A stretch of DNA of 63,950 nt, filler included, from Craspedostauros australis (taxonomy: Eukaryota): assembly GCA_030167865.1 (NCBI GenBank). It is 16 parts of 16 records of this genome, joined end to end, with 100 filler letters (N's around TTAATTAATTAA, not from the genome) between each part and the next. Parts side by side here need not be neighbours in the genome. Positions count along the whole stretch, not along the records: positions 60,223 to 62,289 come from JALAGF010003515.1; positions 62,390 to 63,950 come from JALAGF010003516.1; 14 more parts are not named here. One strand, 5' to 3'. Under the pieces are notes generated by a model. The model was given only the letters and a program-made list of their open reading frames with translations, was not told the origin of the DNA and ran no database searches. A program made the position numbers and the translations under genes. Positions within the stretch are counted from its first letter, which is position 1. Every line of letters starts with the position of its first letter. Shown here one piece after another: positions 60,223-63,950 of the stretch.

Positions 60223-62289
60223 TTGCGGCGTGTGAGCTTGGGAGCATCAGTGACAGCGCGAGCCTGCGGCGAAATCTGTCGAAGGACGTCCTGGACATGT
60301 CGAAGCTGGTCGAAGTAGAGCTGCGGGACACCCTGTTGTGACAGCGCGTTGCGTGCCTCATCAAAAGCGAAGATCGCGACGATTGGACCTGCCTTGCATT
60401 GTCGTGCACTCGAGATGATACGAACGACTTCATCACCACTGGAAATGTCTGTGCCATCCAGTGTGAGCAAATGTGCAGACCGGAGACGTGACCGCCATCG
60501 GGGAATGCGAGCAGCCGGAGTGCCAGGTGTACATGTCTGCAGCTGCAGCCGCCCTCGCGCATCGTCGTGCACAAGCACCAGTCCAGCACACGGGTCCGAG
60601 CCAGACACCTCAATGTCTTGTGCGAATGGAAAACCGAAAGGTTCGCTTGCCATCTCCAGTGATCGCGCAAAGCGACGAATGGTGGAAGAGCACGCTGCAG
60701 CGGCGGCGTGTAACTCGGAATCACCGCATGTCACGCAGGACTCGACCAGGACGCGGTGTCCACCGGAACCGTCGACTGGGACACTATCACCCTTCACCGG
60801 GATCGACGTGTCAACGCCATGAGGTGCGTGAAATCCCAGCTCGAACAAAAGCTGCGGTCCCGGAGGTCGACTGCTGGACGTGAAGTGAGCCTCGTCGAAC
60901 ACGATGTTGCCAGCAGTTTTGATGCGGCCAGAGTCCAGGTCGTAGTATCGATGAAGGGTTGGCGTTGCAGTGTGCCCCACGAAGACGCCATTGTAGGTAT
61001 GTACGTCGAGCTTCGCAGGCGGATGCCCAGGTTTGCGAACAGTGACGCGGGATCCAAAGACACGCAGGTGTTGAAGATCAGGCTTGACCCCATGCTGGAG
61101 TTCGTACGGCGTCTTGGAGATGGACGCATGCCACAGTCGGTTCTTCAAGTAGACCGAATGCACAAGTGCAAGGGCCCAAAACTGTGGCTTGAGACCAGCC
61201 GAGTATAGCAGAGCCCTCGTCATGACGCCAAAGGTGCGGTTCAGCCGCTCCACTTTCCCATTCATCCAGGAGCAGCCAGCGCCAGTGGGCTCAAGGTTGT
61301 ACCCTGCATCACGGACGGCCACTTGGAAAGCCCCAGATCGAGCGAGCTCGCCGCCAGTGTCCACTCGCACCGCACGATGACCTGTGCGCCGACCAAAATC
61401 ACCCAGGAGTTTGGTGAATATCTCAACTGGAGGTGACCTGTCCTTGGTTGGGAACACCCAGGTGTACCGCGTGTATGCATCAGTGATGAGCAGGTACGAT
61501 GTGAACCCCTCAAGGGATAGCACAACGCGGCGGTGAGCACCTTTGCCACGAAGCTTGGCAGCGCCATAAGCCTCATTGGTAGCACTCATGAAACCAAAAT
61601 CGACATGGAAACGAGCGCCTGGATGTGGCTCGATAAAATCCACGTTGGGTCCACGAGCTGCCTTCTGCCGATGAGCTTGGCTGCACGTCTCGCAGTGTCG
61701 CATAGGATGTGCGCTCGACCGCAGCTTGCCAGGCATGCCAGTAGCATGTGCCGGGAGCTTCTCCAGCTGCGACATGCCAGGGTGCCCCAGGCGCATGTGC
61801 CATAGCTCGGCCTGCAGGGCGGGCGACGAAGTCTGGATGGAGAACGCCATGGGCGACCGAGTGGAGTCACCAGTGAAGAAGTACAGCCCATTGGACTGGG
61901 TCATGGATGCAGAGCAATCGCCACGCGCGCCATGGAACGTGAGGGTGGCACCACTGGAGTCGGACGCGAAGGTGAACCTGTGGAAGTCGTTGTCGCTCTG
62001 CCGCACGATGGACTGTGGCGAGATAAGTGTCTCAGCCAGATGAGGGCAGAGCGCAGTGCGGACGGAGATGGAAGATCCTTCACATGTGGGCACGTCCAGG
62101 AAGCCTTCACCAGGGCACACCATGGACTCGGCATGGGCATTGGCAGCCGCAAGCAGGAGGGGCGACGGGAATGGTTGGTAACCCCGCAGAACCTCCTTGT
62201 ATGGCGTAGCACTCACATTGGCGCCGATGTCACACTGGCCCATTCCATTGAAGGGATTCCAAGCCCGGACTCCGGGTCCATCAGTGCGA
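60223..62289 (-). mobile_element. Same Ty1/copia element: protease, GAG-pre-integrase, integrase core, PDZ-like insert
   Basis: CDIGAN (protease), LWHMRLGHP...CETC (zinc motif), FHVDFGF / VRVDTGGEL / NGKVERLN (DDE). 60223-61221 is the reverse complement of 58133-59131. Confidence 0.95.
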
Positions 62290-62390
62290 NNNNNNNNNNN
62301 NNNNNNNNNNNNNNNNNNNNNNNNNNNNNNNNNTTAATTAATTAANNNNNNNNNNNNNNNNNNNNNNNNNNNNNNNNNNNNNNNNNNNNA

Positions 62391-63950
62391 ATGCTCGACC
62401 TGACTTCGGCGGGCGATAGCTACGAAGGCGTGATGTGCGGCGTGGTCGACTACAACCCATCCGACACCAGCTACATCGTGGGCCTCAGAATCAGAGATAC
62501 GGGCAACTCGCAGGACTACTACGTCGCTTTCAACAGGGCCTCTGGCTTCAACAAAGACAGCACCGAAGGCAGGAACCAGGTTCTCGTGACGACAGCCCCG
62601 GCCTTCACTGGCACCACTACACAGTCCGTGTTGCTGTCGAGGCTCGACGCAGGAGGTTCGTTCAGAAACGCCGACCCATCGTCGCTCGGTGGCATCAGCG
62701 TGTACGTGGACAGCATCGACCGTCTCTTCGTCAACGACAGGGTTTGCGCGACCGTCAAGGTCCAGTATGGCGAATTCTCTCCAGCGGCAACATCCGCGCC
62801 GAGTGCCTCCCCAGCGCTAACCAACGCTGCGCAAGCGTGGTATAGCACAACCGTGACAGACACATTCACCAATGTCATCGAATCGTTCCGATTCGACCTG
62901 ACCATCACTGCTGATGTGAGAATCACGGGCATGCGGTTGATCTTGGCCAACCGCTCGCAACAGGCATACTCCATCTATTTCCGGTCCAGCACCTGGAATG
63001 CCGATGGAACCTGGATGCAGATTGCCTCTGGTAACATCATGCCCGAAGGCCTCGGTCGGTTCACTGACGAGATCACATTCAACGCCCCGATTGAATTGTC
63101 CGCCGCTGACGGTACTGTTGCGTTCCGCATCGACTCGCCAACCAAACTTCTGACTGAGTTTCAAAATACCTTCGCGGCTCATCCAGCCAACGGTTTCAGC
63201 TGTCCAAACTGCCCATTCAATGTCTTCTACGGACAAGCTGGCGTAGTTGCATCCGATAGCCAGAACAACTCTTTTGATTTTGCCGGATATCCTTTCGTCG
63301 GAGCCATCTTATTCCAAAACATCGTGATGGTCGCACCTACCAGTGCACCGACCAGCGCTCCTACTTCGGCGCCCACATCGGCCCCGACAAGCAATCCGAC
63401 GTCTGTCCCCACATCGGCGCCCACATCCGCACCAACATCGGCCCCGACAAGCAATCCAACGGCGTCGCCTACTGCGCCTGCACCAACCAGCGCACCAACG
63501 TCGGCTCCAACCAGTGCACCGACTTCCTCACCGACGTCGGCGCCCACATCTCAGCCAAATGCCAATCCAACATCGGCGCCGACAAGTGCTCCGACCAGCG
63601 CACCGACATCAGCCCCGACCAGCGCACCGACGTCTGCCCCAACATCGGCACCCACCGCTGCGGTTCCAGTACCAACCAGCGCTCCGACATCAGCCCCGAC
63701 AAGCTCACCGACGTCTGCCCCAACATCGGCTCCGACCAGCGCCCCGACTTCCTCACCGACGTCAGCACCGACAGCTCAGCCAAACAACAATCCAACCGCG
63801 GCGCCGACCAGCGCCCCGACGTGGATGCCAACACGATCCCCGACTTCGTCACCGACATTCGCACCAAGCGAGACCGTGGTGATGAAGAAGACGAAGAGCT
63901 TCGTCGATCCTGACGAGAAGAAATCGAAGAATAACATGATGACTTCCGAC
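62391..63950 (+). CDS. Extracellular protein fragment: region resembling the post-catalytic part of diatom peptidase M11 (gametolysin-like), a beta-rich domain, and a long PTSA mucin-like repeat; truncated at both ends
   Basis: Open frame with no stop (so missing from the ORF track): YEGVMCGVVDY...DYYVAFNRASGFNKDSTEGRNQVLV, then (PTSA)n from about 63335 to 63865. Confidence 0.75.
   Translation, partial: MLDLTSAGDSYEGVMCGVVDYNPSDTSYIVGLRIRDTGNSQDYYVAFNRASGFNKDSTEGRNQVLVTTAPAFTGTTTQSVLLSRLDAGGSFRNADPSSLGGISVYVDSIDRLFVNDRVCATVKVQYGEFSPAATSAPSASPALTNAAQAWYSTTVTDTFTNVIESFRFDLTITADVRITGMRLILANRSQQAYSIYFRSSTWNADGTWMQIASGNIMPEGLGRFTDEITFNAPIELSAADGTVAFRIDSPTKLLTEFQNTFAAHPANGFSCPNCPFNVFYGQAGVVASDSQNNSFDFAGYPFVGAILFQNIVMVAPTSAPTSAPTSAPTSAPTSNPTSVPTSAPTSAPTSAPTSNPTASPTAPAPTSAPTSAPTSAPTSSPTSAPTSQPNANPTSAPTSAPTSAPTSAPTSAPTSAPTSAPTAAVPVPTSAPTSAPTSSPTSAPTSAPTSAPTSSPTSAPTAQPNNNPTAAPTSAPTWMPTRSPTSSPTFAPSETVVMKKTKSFVDPDEKKSKNNMMTSD

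Noticed and set aside
58133..61221. 1-kb inverted repeat suggesting a foldback or TIR element
   Set aside because: The arms lie on different contigs; they are overlapping assemblies of one copia element in opposite orientations.
2654..62345. Recurrent TTAATTAATTAA palindrome as a biological repeat or CRISPR-like array
   Set aside because: Always centred in an exact N44/N44 pad; it is a synthetic six-frame stop linker between contigs.
1..63950. tRNA, rRNA, CRISPR arrays or prokaryotic operons
   Set aside because: None recognised; the sequence is eukaryotic with spliceosomal introns. A small ncRNA could be missed without covariance-model searches.

Overview
Eukaryotic draft-assembly window, very probably from a diatom. 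Support for that: a literal ASAFAP presequence motif, CoDi-type Ty1/copia with a QVDD reverse-transcriptase motif, cyclase-phosphodiesterase fusions, GT-AG introns, and a peptidase-M11-like protein with PT repeats. It is not contiguous DNA: 16 contigs are joined by 15 artificial 100-bp spacers (N44-TTAATTAATTAA-N44), so neighbourhood across a spacer means nothing. Four pairs of contigs share sequence (2710/11986, 33330/38710, 47194/51042, and 58133/60223 inverted) and look like haplotype or branch duplicates. Recognisable genes: RING-H2 protein, ankyrin-repeat protein plus an ankyrin pseudogene, aspartoacylase, the C-terminus of a STAND/AAA-type protein, two receptor cyclase(-PDE) paralogues, a GT34 glycosyltransferase-sulfotransferase fusion, a four-TM membrane protein, MED17, COQ8/ABC1 kinase, a ~1090-aa P-loop NTPase with Crinkler/RHS-like architecture, and an M11-like secreted protein. 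Mobile DNA: two non-LTR retrotransposon fragments (one with RNase H), a copia pol, two related LTR-like sequences and CpG-decayed relics. Best leads: a PDZ-like module inside the copia polyprotein, the apparently organelle-targeted NTPase with a degenerate nuclease-like domain, and the GT34-sulfotransferase fusion. All domain calls are by-eye motif recognition; no searches were run.
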